This document shows positions 36,801-48,772 of a stretch of DNA of 64,000 nucleotides, piece by piece. The translations under genes were made by a program, and so were the position numbers. Under the pieces are notes generated by a model. The model was not told the DNA's origin, ran no database searches, and was given only the letters and a program-made list of their open reading frames with translations. The DNA is from Macrostomum hystrix. Lineage: Eukaryota; Animalia; Platyhelminthes. The DNA is taken from contig CATNEN010000038.1 in NCBI GenBank assembly GCA_950097015.1, positions 23,498,001 through 23,562,000 of the forward strand, in the 5' to 3' direction. Numbering within the stretch: position 1 is the first letter of the stretch; each line of letters starts with the position of its first letter.

Positions 36801-37601
36801 GGATCAAGTTTGTATCATAAAAAATGAAACCAAAAAAATCTAAATGGTAAATATCTAAATATATAGAGTACTGAATAATTGCTAATTCTAAATATTGACT
36901 TCAATTGGGCTTTAAGCAAATTTAGCACAAAAAACCCCAGTTTTAGCACATACATTAAATTATGCATATGACTGACTATAACAAGAGTTTTTATTACAAC
37001 TACTTTTCTAAAAACAGAATGACATTTTTGCATTATACATAAGGAGATTAAATCCCACTTACCCTATTGTAGCCACAAAATAAAACATTAAGAATATAAT
37101 GGAGCTTTTATACAGTTAGAGTATGATGCATTTAATAAAAAAATATTTATATTTACTGCAAAAATAATATGCTTACCTTTGCATCACATCACAGGAGGCC
37201 CATTCAGGGCCATCAAAATGTAGACCAGAATTTGTAGGCCTTAGTGAAAAGGACTGCAGACCGTCTGCATTTGCTAAAACACAAGCATTTATTACCTCGC
37301 ATAATGCTTCAATACAACCTTCACAGTGTGAGCTAAAATGAACAGTCAGATATTGGACTGCTCTAAGTGACATAAAATGTTCAAATTTATTGCTTGTTAG
37401 ATAGTGACTTTCTGAACAGTCAAGTGTGAAATCAATGAACGCAGATCTCCAAATTCTTTTTATGGTATAGGCCGCTCGGCGCCAGTTGAAGCATATAAGA
37501 CTAAAGTTACGAGCATCACGCTTTGGCAGGTAAGAAAGAATTTGCTGCAAAACGTTGTGTGGTAGCAATTCCCATCTGCTGCGCAAGTTCTGCTCTTGCA
37601 T
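33892..37601 (-). CDS. FBXO33: F-box/LRR-like protein, FBXO33-like; exons 37601-37177, 36610-36364, 35839-35684, 35122-34766, 34107-33892
   Basis: F-box WELLPHNVLQQILSYLPKRDARNFSLICFNW. The C-terminal DPLMMIAWTCPHLEELAIYGYCVSVHTIVGLAALRGAELITLE|VPERC matches the FBXO33 signature as recalled (DPL..AWRC..L...HGY......IARLRG..L..LEV). Junction phases are 2,0,0,0. Confidence 0.85.
34195..34650. repeat. Minisatellite, 20-bp unit TCTAATCCTAGATCTCCCAC
   Basis: Lies in FBXO33 intron 4. Confidence 0.95.
35325..35602 (+). mobile_element. SINE family B (CORE-like) copy
   Basis: GCGTCGGACTCACGACTTTAAGGTCGGGGGTTCGATTCTCGACTCCACTGGAAC..GTTCACCCAGCTGTTAAATAGGTACC..GCTGCGGCTGTGCTGTCGGCTGCACATCTGG matches 3361-3637. 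Confidence 0.87.
35925..36200. repeat. Minisatellite, 30-bp unit TGGAATATTGAAATTGGGGATCTGAGAGAG
   Basis: Lies in FBXO33 intron 2. Confidence 0.92.
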
Positions 37602-39820
37602 CGCCCAATAAGCAATTTAAAGTGCGGTCACGTCTACAGTACAACTTAAGATTAACCAGTTTATTGATACTAACCAATTATAGTTATTTTTAAGAGGGCT
37701 CTATTCTATATTATGCGACTGGACTGTATAAGCTTCTTCCGTCACGATTTAAAAAATTCTGAGAAAGCTGTGTGAATTTAAATGTATTCGTTTTTTTAAC
37801 TTTTTGATAAAACAAAGGTTGTTTATAGAGTTGAAGTTAGTTTTCTAAATGCTCTAAAAATGGCTTAGTTTTTGTTCTTTTTAATAATTTATATAATATT
37901 GGCTACTTTTATGCTTTGTATACTTCTTGGACTATCAGTGATATTTTCAGAGAAACAGAAATTTCTAATGTTTGCTGTGTCGTTTGTAAAACAATTAGCA
38001 AGCCTCTCCTTATTCAGCCCCCGAGCACCTGTGATGATAAATGTGTGCAATAGCATGATACAGATATGATAGTGATAGCAATAACTCATGATCAGATCCA
38101 TCTATGTATGTAGGTGCACCGGCATAAAATTTATTCCGTCGTCGTTTTTTGTTTTATTCAAGATGCGATGAACGCTAACTCTTGCTAAGTTTTTTAGGCC
38201 TAATTCATGTAATTCATCTTGCTAACTCTTGCTAAGTTTTTTAGGCCTAATTCATGTTTAAAATTGGCCTACTTGTTTGGGATGTGTAGTGGTTAGTGAG
38301 TAGTGGAAGCTATTGACCTATCAATTACTGTGTTTTTTAATTTTCAATTAAATGGCACTCTAAACATAGCTTTTTCCTCCTTTCAGAATCTACTAATTTG
38401 AAGCACAAAATGGAAATAGAAGTAAGGAACATAAAAAACTTGATTTTCAGTGTGGTTAGTGGCCTAGTGGCTAATAATATTACAAAAACTTGGGCATTGT
38501 TTTTTAATTGTTTGTTAAACAGTTTTTCTGTTAAGTTTCATAACAAATCAATGCGACAACTTGGAACTTTGATCATTAAGTTTGCTTTTTGCACTTAATG
38601 AACTAAAACTGCTTCTGGGGTTTTGGGGAATTTGTCTGTGGCAAATGTTCAGTGAGAGGAGATAAAAGCAAAATGGTTTGACATATTTAGGAGTAGGAGT
38701 GTCTAATGCCAAAAAGGATGAGCTAGTTAGTGGGAGGGGAAGTATTAGCACATCTTCTGCATTATGCTAGCAGGCTCTACAAATTTTCTACTGTTAACTA
38801 ACACACACTTGAAGTCTATTAACACCATGCTAGGAGGCTGCCTGGCAGCACTGAAAAACTCCCTTATTATTACCCCTGCTGAATTTTGACATTTGATCCT
38901 GCAGAATTTGTAGAAAACATTTAACATACCAAATCAGCTTCCTATTGTTTCAAAATGATTTCCTAGTGTTTTCTAATAAATGAAAAATGAAGCTTTGCAG
39001 GAAAACTGTTTAAAAAATGATTCAAAAAGAATTCTAAAACTTGTAACAATTTTAGGTGTAATTGCAGCAGTGAATGGTCCTACGCTGGAAAATCATGGGA
39101 TAAAAATTAGACCCATTTCCAACAGATGACTACTGACTTCTAAGCACACATACAAATAATGTATACCACCATATTCTCACATATGTGTCTACATCACCCA
39201 TTACTTTCTTTTGTCAACTATGTTTGCATTCCCAACACTACACTGACCATCAGTTGGATAGTCCTGAAATTTCATACATGAAAGCCCCAAGCTTTCTCTT
39301 ACATTTTTACTATTTATTTTAAATTATTTTACATTATTTTTATTTTACTTTCTCTTTCTCTTAGCAGGTTGAACAGTCCAACTGTCCAACTTTTAGGCAG
39401 GATTTTGGTAGTAGAATAGAAGTTGATGTTATCAAGCCTTATTAAGTTATTCATTCCCCAATCTGAGAACAAAGTATAAAGATATGAGTATATTTAAAGC
39501 TATAACCTATAGCTAGAGTTATTAGTGCCAGCCTTTGTGGCTATCTAACACTAGTTGAAAACCTTCTTAAGCTAAAAATCTGTCCTTTTGGTAGCAAATC
39601 TTCTAATTAGTATATAGGCCTGTATGGAATTCTTGAGAACACAGAGACATATAATTTTTTGAAATCTAAATAACTTTTTTGTTGCTATTTAGCTAATTCT
39701 TAAAAAAGAATTTCTTGTATATTTTTATAGCCTTTGATGTGATCATTTTTAGACTCCTAGCTACTCACAATTAGATAACTAAATAAACTTACAAAGCTGC
39801 ATTCATATTTAATTTCCCAG

Positions 39821-41362
39821 CCTCTACTGGAAGAGCTATTACAATTTCATCAGCATCAGCTGCTTCTATGGTCGAAGCGGCTCGATTGCTATGAGCGAAT
39901 GAATTCTCGATTAGATCAACTGCTTAGACCTTGGCCTATAGCCCTAACACTAACAGACTCTGGTGTTAAAGAGCACCAAGCTTCTGATCGCGAAGATGTT
40001 CATGAAACTCGGGAGCTTGATAAAACTACAGCCGATCACAGTTCTGAGTCAGCCAGTGCTGAACTAGTTTCCGAGGTTGATCGTCTACTTGCCAAAGCTA
40101 ATAGTGTCATTGCAGCGAAGCCTTCTGCTTCTTCAAAGACTTCAGCTAGAAAAACTGTACAGAAATTGGTACCCGTTGAAGTGTCAGCGCCACAGCGCGT
40201 GTCAAACTCGGCCAACAATGTAAAGACTAAGCCACCTACTCAGACTCAGATAAAAGTCGCACCAATTGCTAAGCCAAAGCCTATAAGGCCGGCAAAATTG
40301 TCTTCCGGCTCGTCAGTTTCCTACAAACCGGCTCACGTGACCGCCCCATTTCGCACCGATCCAAATTTGCATAGGCGAGTTGCCATCAATCAGCAGTACA
40401 AAACCGCCGGTAGAAATAGGGCGCGAGTCCAAGCGGCTGAGGCTGCTGCGGAAGCTGCTAGACCAGCTAGATTAGTTGGCCAATGGCTTGGCAATGAGGT
40501 TGCCGCCAATCATAACAAAGGTCGAATTAGTAAATCGGCGGAAACTGCTAATTCATCGTCTTCTAATATTGAATCGGCATCGGTTAATGAGGCTTTGCCA
40601 GTACAATCAATATTATCTCAGCCACAATCTGCTCGTCGTTCATTATCAGCAGACAATCCAGTTCCAAATCAGCAGAACAATCAGCAGACAACAGCAAATA
40701 ATCCGCAGTCTAATAAGCCGAATTTCATACGGTTGCGTTCCGTTATTGTTCCAGAGCCTGTCTCATTGGCTGTTGATAAAAATCGCCGGTTGCGTCAACG
40801 TCTAAGCTTGGCCTTGTCCAATGGCAAATTTGATATCTCTCAGGCTGCTAAATCGTTTACTAATCGACTAAAATTAAATGGAATCTTGACTAGAACCAAG
40901 CCGGAAACTGTTCAAGCTCTGACTAGCCTGTTGAGTTCTTCTATTGACGAGTTAGATCGAACCGATCCGAGTTTAGAACAATTGACAAAAATTAGACAAT
41001 TGTATAAGTTTATAAAATCGATACGATTAAATGATAACTTTAGCAACAAAGACTTGTTTCCATCTGCATTAACGCTAGCCGATCTGCCGGTTCTTTGTCC
41101 GTTGAATTCAACTCGTTGCTTAGCATTGTCAGCTAAACTGCCCGCACTGATAGTGCAAGCTGATTTATCTTATCTATTGTTGCGCAGTTTAAAAAAGCTG
41201 GAATCAAAGAATTCTCTGATTTTGTCTTCTGCGGCTGCCGATCCCGTGGCCCTGCGACAACTGTGGGCTTTGGCAGGCGGCGGCGTCGCGGGTTCGCGCT
41301 CCTCATGGGCGACTAATGGGCGGCGGCCACACCTGCCAGTGACTATTAGCACTGTTCCTTGA
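39821..41362 (+). CDS. Probable TEDC2/DUF4693-like protein (tubulin epsilon and delta complex 2), single coding exon; first genomic ATG at 39899, frame open from the acceptor at 39820
   Basis: 487-aa non-repetitive ORF. Helical blocks resemble TEDC2 as recalled (RLDQLLRPW; EVDRLLAKA; VIVPEPVSLAVDKNRRLRQRL..AAKSFTNRL; LRQLWALAGGG). Coding status is strong; family identity is moderate. Confidence 0.6.
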   Translation, partial: PLLEELLQFHQHQLLLWSKRLDCYERMNSRLDQLLRPWPIALTLTDSGVKEHQASDREDVHETRELDKTTADHSSESASAELVSEVDRLLAKANSVIAAKPSASSKTSARKTVQKLVPVEVSAPQRVSNSANNVKTKPPTQTQIKVAPIAKPKPIRPAKLSSGSSVSYKPAHVTAPFRTDPNLHRRVAINQQYKTAGRNRARVQAAEAAAEAARPARLVGQWLGNEVAANHNKGRISKSAETANSSSSNIESASVNEALPVQSILSQPQSARRSLSADNPVPNQQNNQQTTANNPQSNKPNFIRLRSVIVPEPVSLAVDKNRRLRQRLSLALSNGKFDISQAAKSFTNRLKLNGILTRTKPETVQALTSLLSSSIDELDRTDPSLEQLTKIRQLYKFIKSIRLNDNFSNKDLFPSALTLADLPVLCPLNSTRCLALSAKLPALIVQADLSYLLLRSLKKLESKNSLILSSAAADPVALRQLWALAGGGVAGSRSSWATNGRRPHLPVTISTVP

Positions 41363-41483
41363 TAAGCTCAACATTGAGATGATTTTAGTGAAGCATGCTC
41401 AATCAATTTACTCGAATCTTTCAGCTGTTTAGTGATAACTCTTTGATTTTCCTGTTTAGTGATACCAACTCAAAATATTTGTC

Positions 41484-42037
41484 TTCTAGTGATCCCTACT
41501 CTACATCATAGTCTCTAGTGATCCCTACTCTACATCATAGTCTCTAGTGATCCCTACTCTACATCATAGTCTCTAGTGATCCCTACTCTACATCATAGTC
41601 TCTAGTGATCCCTACTCTACATCATAGTCTCTAGTGATCCCTACTCTACAATCTACATCATAGTCTCTAGTGATCCCTACTCTACATCATAGTCTCTAGT
41701 GATCCCTACTCTACATCATAGTCTCTAGTGATCCCTACTCTACATCATAGTCTCTAGTGATCCCTACTCTACATCATAGTCTCTAGTGATCCCTACTCTA
41801 CATCATAGTCTCTAGTGATCCCTACTCTACATCATAGTCTCTAGTGATCCCTACTCTACATCATAGTCTCTAGTGATCCCTACTCTACAATCTACATCAT
41901 AGTCTCTAGTGATCCCTACTCTACATCATAGTCTCTAGTGATCCCTACTCTACATCATAGTCTCTAGTGATCCCTACTCTACATCATAGTCTCTAGTGAT
42001 CCCTACTCTACATCATAGTCTCTAGTGATCCCTACTC
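41484..42037. repeat. Minisatellite, 29-bp unit TCTAGTGATCCCTACTCTACATCATAGTC
   Basis: About 18 near-identical copies; a 7-bp insertion variant occurs twice. Confidence 0.96.
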
Positions 42038-43164
42038 AATACTTCTCATTCTCCTTTTTAATCCTTACTTAAAATGGATTTGGTGGTCACAGTCTAATTC
42101 CTATTAAAAAAATAGCATTTAATGAGAGTATTTAATTTTATTCATGAAACCTGGATACTGTTTGTCTTTGTATCCAACTTTGTATCACGTTTCTAAAACG
42201 TGCTCACTGCTACTTAAAGTTTGAGAAGATATTAACGAGTTTTTAGTCTTTGACCTTTGATTTAATATATCTCAAACGTACATACAGTCAAGTGACTGTC
42301 TCGTTTGTAGTTTAAATTTAGTGTAACTTTATTTAACTTTCCTATCTAATCGTTTTTAAGACCCAATATGTTTTAGATAAGTTATCTACTGTTGCCGCGA
42401 TGTCTACTACTTACTGTGAGTAGGAAAATGTGAATATGTACGTCTAAATTCGATCTGTTTATGTTTTTTAAACAATTTTTACGTGCCAACTTATTTAACT
42501 TAAACATGTTTGCTAATTTACAATCTTTTAATGAACTTTTCCGTCCCTTCAGAAACAAGAACTAAAAAAACTATTGCGTGCTTTAATGATGACCAAGTAA
42601 AATTGATTTCGACACAGTCGCTGTGTTCTATTTCAACAGATTTAATTTTGACGAATTCTACATTCACATTTTTTTGTATCTTAAGTCTTTCTTTTATTAG
42701 ATCAGATCCCAAACTTCTAGATCCCAGATCTTGGGCAGTTGCCCTAATAGATCGATAGTTCCTAGAATTCTAGAACTGAAACCCCAGATCCCACGTTTCG
42801 AATCCCAGATCTGTGAATTCCTGATCCCAAATTTAGTTTCTCGTATTTGTCTCATCCTGGATCGCATAGCCCAGATCCCAAATCCCTGGCTTTAAACTCC
42901 CGATCTTTAAACGATTTTCCCGATTTAGGCCCAAAAAGTTCTAGATCCTAAATCCTGGGTCTGAAACCCAATCCTAGATCCCAAATTCTAAATCCCATAA
43001 CTAGAATTTCTAATCCCGGGTCGCAAACCTGAAATCCCAAATCCTAGTTACCAAATTGTAAATCCCATAACTAAAATTTCTAATCCCGGGTCGCAAATCT
43101 GAAATCCCAGATCCCAGGTGCACAGCAACCCGAATCCTACTCTCCAGATTCAAGGGGTGCCACA

Positions 43165-44999
43165 ATGTCCAGCTCGGAGCAGCCGCTAATTCAGCGCATC
43201 CTGGCCGCCTCGGCCTCCAGCGCAGTCCGCGCCAGTCTAGTTATTCGCCGCGTCATGGCCAGCGGCGATTTGGGCATTGTTGAGAAGGGCAAAAACGATC
43301 TGCAAACCGCGGCGGATCGCGGCGCCCAGCGAATCATCACCGCCAACCTGCGCCTCGCCTTCCCCGGCCTGGCTGTCATCGGCGAAGAGGAAGAAGATCC
43401 CAACGCTGAGCCGCTGACCGGTGACGAACTGGTACAGCCTGATCCTGCAGTTCTGGCTAAGGAGTGCCCGGCAGAGCTGCGCAATGTTCCCCTGGGGGAT
43501 ATTACGGTTAGTTGCTTGGGGAGAATTGCATATTTGATTTGCATATGTGACTTCTTGCTGATGCTTTTCCTGTGTCACCCCGTCCTTCAATCTTCTTCCG
43601 CCCCTTCTTTCATTTTCCTCTCCCCTTCCTTCCATCTTCCTCTCCCCCTCCTTCCATCTTCCTCTCCCCCTCCTTCAATCTTCCTCTCCCCCTCCTTCTA
43701 TCTTCCTCTCCCCCTCCTTCCATCTTCATCTCCCCCTCCTTCCATCTTCCTCTCCCCCTCCTTCCATCTTCCTCTCCTCCTCCTTCAATCTTCCTCTCCC
43801 CCTCCTTCTATCTTCCTCTCCCCTCCTTCCATCTTCCTCTCCCCCTCCTTCCATCTTCCTCTCCCCTCCTTCAATCTTCCTCTCCCCCTCCTTCCATCTT
43901 CCTCTCCCCCTCCTTCAATCCTCCTCTCCCCTCCTTCCATCTTCCTCTCCCCCTACTTCAATCCTCCTCTCCCCCTCCTTCTATCTTCCTCTCCCCCTCC
44001 TTCAATCCTCCTCTCCCCCTCCTTTTATCTTCCTCTCCCCCTCCTTCAATCCTCCTCTCCCCTCCTTCCATCTTCCTCTCCCCCTCCTTCTATCTTCCTC
44101 TCCCCCTCCTTCAATCCTCCTCTCCCCTCCTTCCATCTTCCTCTCCCCCTCCTTCCATCTTCCTCTCCCCTCCTTCAATCCTCCTCTCCCCTCCTTCCAT
44201 CTTCCTCTCCCCCTCCTTCTATCTTCCTCTCCCCTCCTTCAATCCTCCTCTCCCCTCCTTCCATCTTCCTCTCCCCCTCCTTCCATCTTCTACCTCCCTC
44301 TTTTCTTTAACGTCTTCCATCTTCCTTCCACTCTACCAATCTTTAAAAAATGCCCAGTGGAATTCGTAATTGACCTACCTTTATTTCTCCCAACATCCTA
44401 TCCAGGTGTGGGTTGATCCACTTGACGGCACATCGGAATTCGCCGACAACCTACTTGACCACGTGACCGTACTAATCGGCCTGGCTGTTGGCAGTCGTGC
44501 CGTAGCCGGCGTTATCTGCCAGCCGTATTACAATTATCAAAGCCTGCCGCCAGATCAAATGGGCCGTCTCATCTGGTCACTGGATGGCCTGGGCGTCTTC
44601 GGCTTATCCAACGACGCTACCGTCGCTCCGCCTGGCAACATCATAGCAACTACTCGTAGCCATAGCAACCAGACTGTTAACGACGCCGTGGCGGCTTGCG
44701 AACCAACCGAAGTATTGCGCGTTGGCGGCTGCGGTCACAAAGTTCTGCTGCTGATTGAACGCCGAGCTCACGCCTACGTATTCGCCTCGCCTGGCTGTAA
44801 GAAATGGGACACCTGCGCTCCCGAAGCTGTGCTGCGAGCTTCGGGCGGCTGCTTGACAGATATCCATGGCAACCAGCTGCCCTACAATGCCACAGCTCCT
44901 CATCCCAATAAGCAGGGTGTGTTGGCCACACTCAAACAGGAGGATCACGCCAGATTCGCCGCCCGCATTCCAGAGAGTGTGCGTAAAGCTTTGCCGTGA
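43165..44999 (+). CDS. BPNT1: 3'(2'),5'-bisphosphate nucleotidase 1; exons 43165-43506 and 44406-44999 (311 aa)
   Basis: GDLGIVEKG.NDLQT.ADR, VIGEE, VWVDPLDGT, DHVTVLIG, AGVICQPYYNY, TTRSHS, EVLRVGGCGHKV, AYVFASPGCKKWDTCAPEAVL. One phase-0 GT-AG intron. Confidence 0.96.
43580..44330. repeat. CCTTCCATCTTCCTCTCCCCCT polypyrimidine minisatellite
   Basis: Lies in the BPNT1 intron. Confidence 0.95.
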
Positions 45000-45129
45000 T
45001 TTGAAGTTTGAGCACATTTCAAATGTGAGATTTGATTACAGATATATTGACAGTCAGATTTTGGGAACTGCCTTCATATCAGAGTGAAGGGTGTGATTTT
45101 TAGTACACTTTTGATCAAAGAGTGAGACA

Positions 45130-45852
45130 GGAGATTTTGAAAACTGTCTTGATCTCAACTTGAGTAGTGAGATTTTGAGAACTCTCTCTTGATCTGAACT
45201 TGAGTAGTGAGATTTCGAGAACTCTCTTTATCTTAATTTGAGTAGTGAGATTTTGAGAACTCACTCGATCTCAACTTGAGTAGTGAGATTTCGAGAACTC
45301 TCTTTATCTTAATTTGAGTAGTGAGATTTTGAGAACTCTCTCTTGATCTGAACTTGAGTAGTGAGATTTCGAGAACTCTCTTTATCTTAATTTGAGTAGT
45401 GAGATTTTGAGAACTCTCTCTTGATCTCAACTTGAGTAGTGAGATTTTGAGAACTCTCTCTTAATCTCAACTTGAGTAGTGAGATTTTGAGAACTCTCTC
45501 TTGATCTCAACTTGAGTAGTGAGATTTTGAGAACTCTCTCTTGATCTCAACTTGAGTAGTTCATCCGGTGGCGGATGGCGGTGAGATTTTGAGAACTCTA
45601 TCGATCTCGACTTCAGTAGTGAGATTTTGAGAACTCTCTTGATCTCGACTTCAGTAGTGAGATTTTGAGAACTCTCTCTTGATCTCAACTTGAGAATTGA
45701 GATTTTGAGAACTCTCTCTTGATCTCAACTTGAGAATTGAGATTTTGAGAACTCTCTTGATCTCAACTTGAGAATTGATATTTTGAGAACTCTCTTGATC
45801 TCAACTTGAGAATTGAGATTTTGAGAACTCTCTCTTGATCTCAACTTGAGAA
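45130..45852. repeat. Minisatellite, ~38-40-bp unit TTGAGTAGTGAGATTTTGAGAACTCTCTCTTGATCTCAAC
   Basis: Tandem copies downstream of the BPNT1 stop. Confidence 0.94.
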
Positions 45853-46518
45853 TATCAGGAGTGAAATTTTAAGTTCTCTAAAAATAAGCAGCATACGATT
45901 TACAAAGTTTTTGACTAGGCTTAGCAAACGTGTCAATCAACATATCCTAGTTGACTCTTTATTCGCAATTTGTTATACTTTATTTATTTTTGCTTTAAAA
46001 TAGATAAAAATGTGATTCTTCTTATAGTATCTTATTAGTTCTAGATTTAAGCTGGTATGTATTTGATATAATATTTGTGTTGTTAAATTGTTTTTAAGAA
46101 CTAAATCTACAAGCCATTGTCGCTGTTGCATTAACGATTTAAAGAAATCGATTTTATAGTATATTTTTTATGCCTAAAATATGTTTTTAATTCTTCCGAA
46201 TTTCGTAATTTCATTCGTCTCTCTGTTTTATAATAAATTCACTTAGAGTTTAGGTTAAACACTATTGATAATACATGTTTCTTTCCCTTTAATTTATATT
46301 CATTGTACAAGCATATACTAGTATGTATTTATGGAGTTATTCCTATTATAGAACACGATTATTCCAATATGATTTTATGAACTGAATTGCAGATTTCTGT
46401 CATGCTAATTATACTCAAATATAGCTTTTAATTGGTTTTCTAGGCAAACTGCTTTACAATGAAATATCTAACTAGCTGTGCATTATTGATTTGGGTCTAC
46501 AGTTTCAGGTTTGACGTC

Positions 46519-48682
46519 AGGGTCAGTAGGTTTAGAGGGGGGTTAGTAGCTTTAGAGGGGGGTTAGTAGGTTTAGAGGGGGGTTAGTAGGTTTAGAGGGG
46601 GGTTAGTAGGTTTAGAGGGGGGTTAGTAGGTTTAGAGGGGGGTCAGTAGGTTTAGAGGGAGGGTCAGTAGGTTTAGAGGGAGGGTTTGTAGGTTTATAGG
46701 GAGGGTTAGTAGGTTTATAGGGAGGGTTAGTAGGTTTATAGGGAGGGTCAGTAGGTTTAGAGGGAGGGTTAGTAGGTTTAGAGGGAGGGTTAGTAGGTTT
46801 ATAGGGAGGGTTAGTAGGTTTAGAGGGGGGTTAGTAGGTTTAGAGGGAGGGTTAGTAGGTTTATAGGGAGGGTTAGTAGGTTTATAGGGAATGTCAGTAG
46901 GTTTAGAGGGAGGGTTAGTAGGTTTATAGGGAGGGTTAGTAGGTTTAGAGGGAGGTTAGTAGGTTTAGAGGTTGGTTAGTAGTTTTAGAGGGAGGGTTAG
47001 TAGGTTTATAGGGAGGGTTAGTAGGTTTATAGGGAGGGTTAGTAGGTTTAGAGGGTGGGTTAGTAGCTTTAGGGAGGGTTAGTAGGTTTAGAGTGAGGGT
47101 TAGTAGGTTTATAGGGAGGGTTAGTAGGTTTAGAGTGTGGGTTAGTAGCTTTAGGGAGGGTTAGTAGGTTTAGAGGGAGGGTTAGTAGGTTTATAGGGAG
47201 GGTTAGTAGGTTTAGAGGGAGGGTCAGTAGGTTTATAGGGAGGGTTAGTAGGTTTAGAGGGAGGGTTAGTAGGTTTATAGGGAGGGTTAGTAGGTTTATA
47301 GGGAGGGTTAGTAGGTTTAGAGGGGGGTTAGTAGGTTTAGAGTGAGGGTTAGTAGGTTTATAGGGAGGGTTAGTAGGTTTAGAGTGTGGGTTAGTAGCTT
47401 TAGGGAGGGTTAGTAGGTTTAGAGGGAGGGTTAGTAGGTTTATAGGGAGGGTTAGTAGGTTTAGAGGGAGGGTCAGTAGGTTTATAGGGAGGGTTAGTAG
47501 GTTTAGAGGGAGGGTTAGTAGGTTTATAGGGAGGGTTAGTAGGTTTATAGGGAGGGTTAGTAGGTTTAGAGGGGGGTTAGTAGGTTTAGAGTGAGGGTTA
47601 GTAGGTTTATAGGGAGGGTTAGTAGGTTTAGAGTGTGGGTTAGTAGCTTTAGGGAGGGTTAGTAGGTTTAGAGGGAGGGTTAGTAGGTTTATAGGGAGGG
47701 TTAGTAGGTTTAGAGGGAGGGTCAGTAGGTTTATAGGGAGGGTTAGTAGGTTTAGAGGGAGGGTTAGTAGGTTTATAGGGAGGGTTAGTAGGTTTATAGG
47801 GAGGGTTAGTAGGTTTAGAGGGGGGTTAGTAGGTTTAGAGGGAGGGTTAGTAGGTTTAGAGGGAGGGTTAGTAGGTTTAGAGGGTGGGTTAGTAGCTTTA
47901 GGGAGGGTTAGTAGGTTTAGAGGGAGGGTTAGTAGGTTTAGAGGGAGGGTTAGTAGGTTTATAGGGAGGGTTAGTAGGTTTATAGGGAGGGTCAGTAGGT
48001 TTATAGGGAGGGTTAGTAGGTTTAGAGGGGGGTTAGTAGGTTTAGAGGGAGGGTTAGTAGGTTTAGAGGGTGGGTTAGTAGCTTTAGGGAGGGTTAGTAG
48101 GTTTAGAGGGAGGGTTAGTAGGTTTAGAGGTTGGTTAGTAGTTTTAGAGGGAGGGTTAGTAGGTTTATAGGGAGGGTTAGTAGGTTTAGAGGGTGGGTTA
48201 GTAGCTTTAGGGAGGGTTAGTAGGTTTAGAGTGAGGGTTAGTAGGTTTATAGGGAGGGTTAGTAGGTTTAGAGGGTGGGTTAGTAGCTTTAGGGAGGGTT
48301 AGTAGGTTTAGAGGGAGGGTTAGTAGGTTTATAGGGAGGGTTAGTAGGTTTAGAGGTTGGTTAGTAGTTTTAGAGGGAGGGTTAGTAGGTTTATAGGGAG
48401 GGTTAGTAGGTTTAGAGGGGGGTTAGTAGGTTTAGAGGGAGGGTTAGTAGGTTTAGAGGGAGGGTTAGTAGGTTTAGAGGGTGGGTTAGTAGCTTTAGGG
48501 AGGGTTAGTAGGTTTAGAGGGAGGGTTAGTAGGTTTACAGGGAGGGTTAGTAGGTTTACAGGGAGGGTTTGTAAGTTTACAGGGAGGGTTAGTAGGTTTA
48601 CAGGGAAGGTTTGTAGGTTTACAGGGAGGGTTAGTAGGTTTAGAGGGGGGTTAGTAGTTTTTGAGGGAGGGTTAGTAGGTTT
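46519..48682. repeat. G-rich minisatellite, 21-bp unit GAGGGAGGGTTAGTAGGTTTA (~100 copies)
   Basis: Directly visible; contains GGGTTAG. Confidence 0.97.
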
Positions 48683-48772
48683 CGATCAGGTCAATGGCAT
48701 GAAATGTACTAACGTATTGTGTTTCAGTCTGCCAGTTAGGAGACCCAACAGGCCAATCAGCTGCTAGCCAGC

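Noticed and set aside
43507-44369. Pro/Ser-rich extension of the BPNT1 ORF
   Set aside because: Read-through into an intronic polypyrimidine satellite; splicing 43506 to 44406 restores canonical BPNT1.
46519-48682. True telomere or chromosome fusion site
   Set aside because: The unit is 21 bp rather than tandem TTAGGG, and there is no head-to-head inversion.
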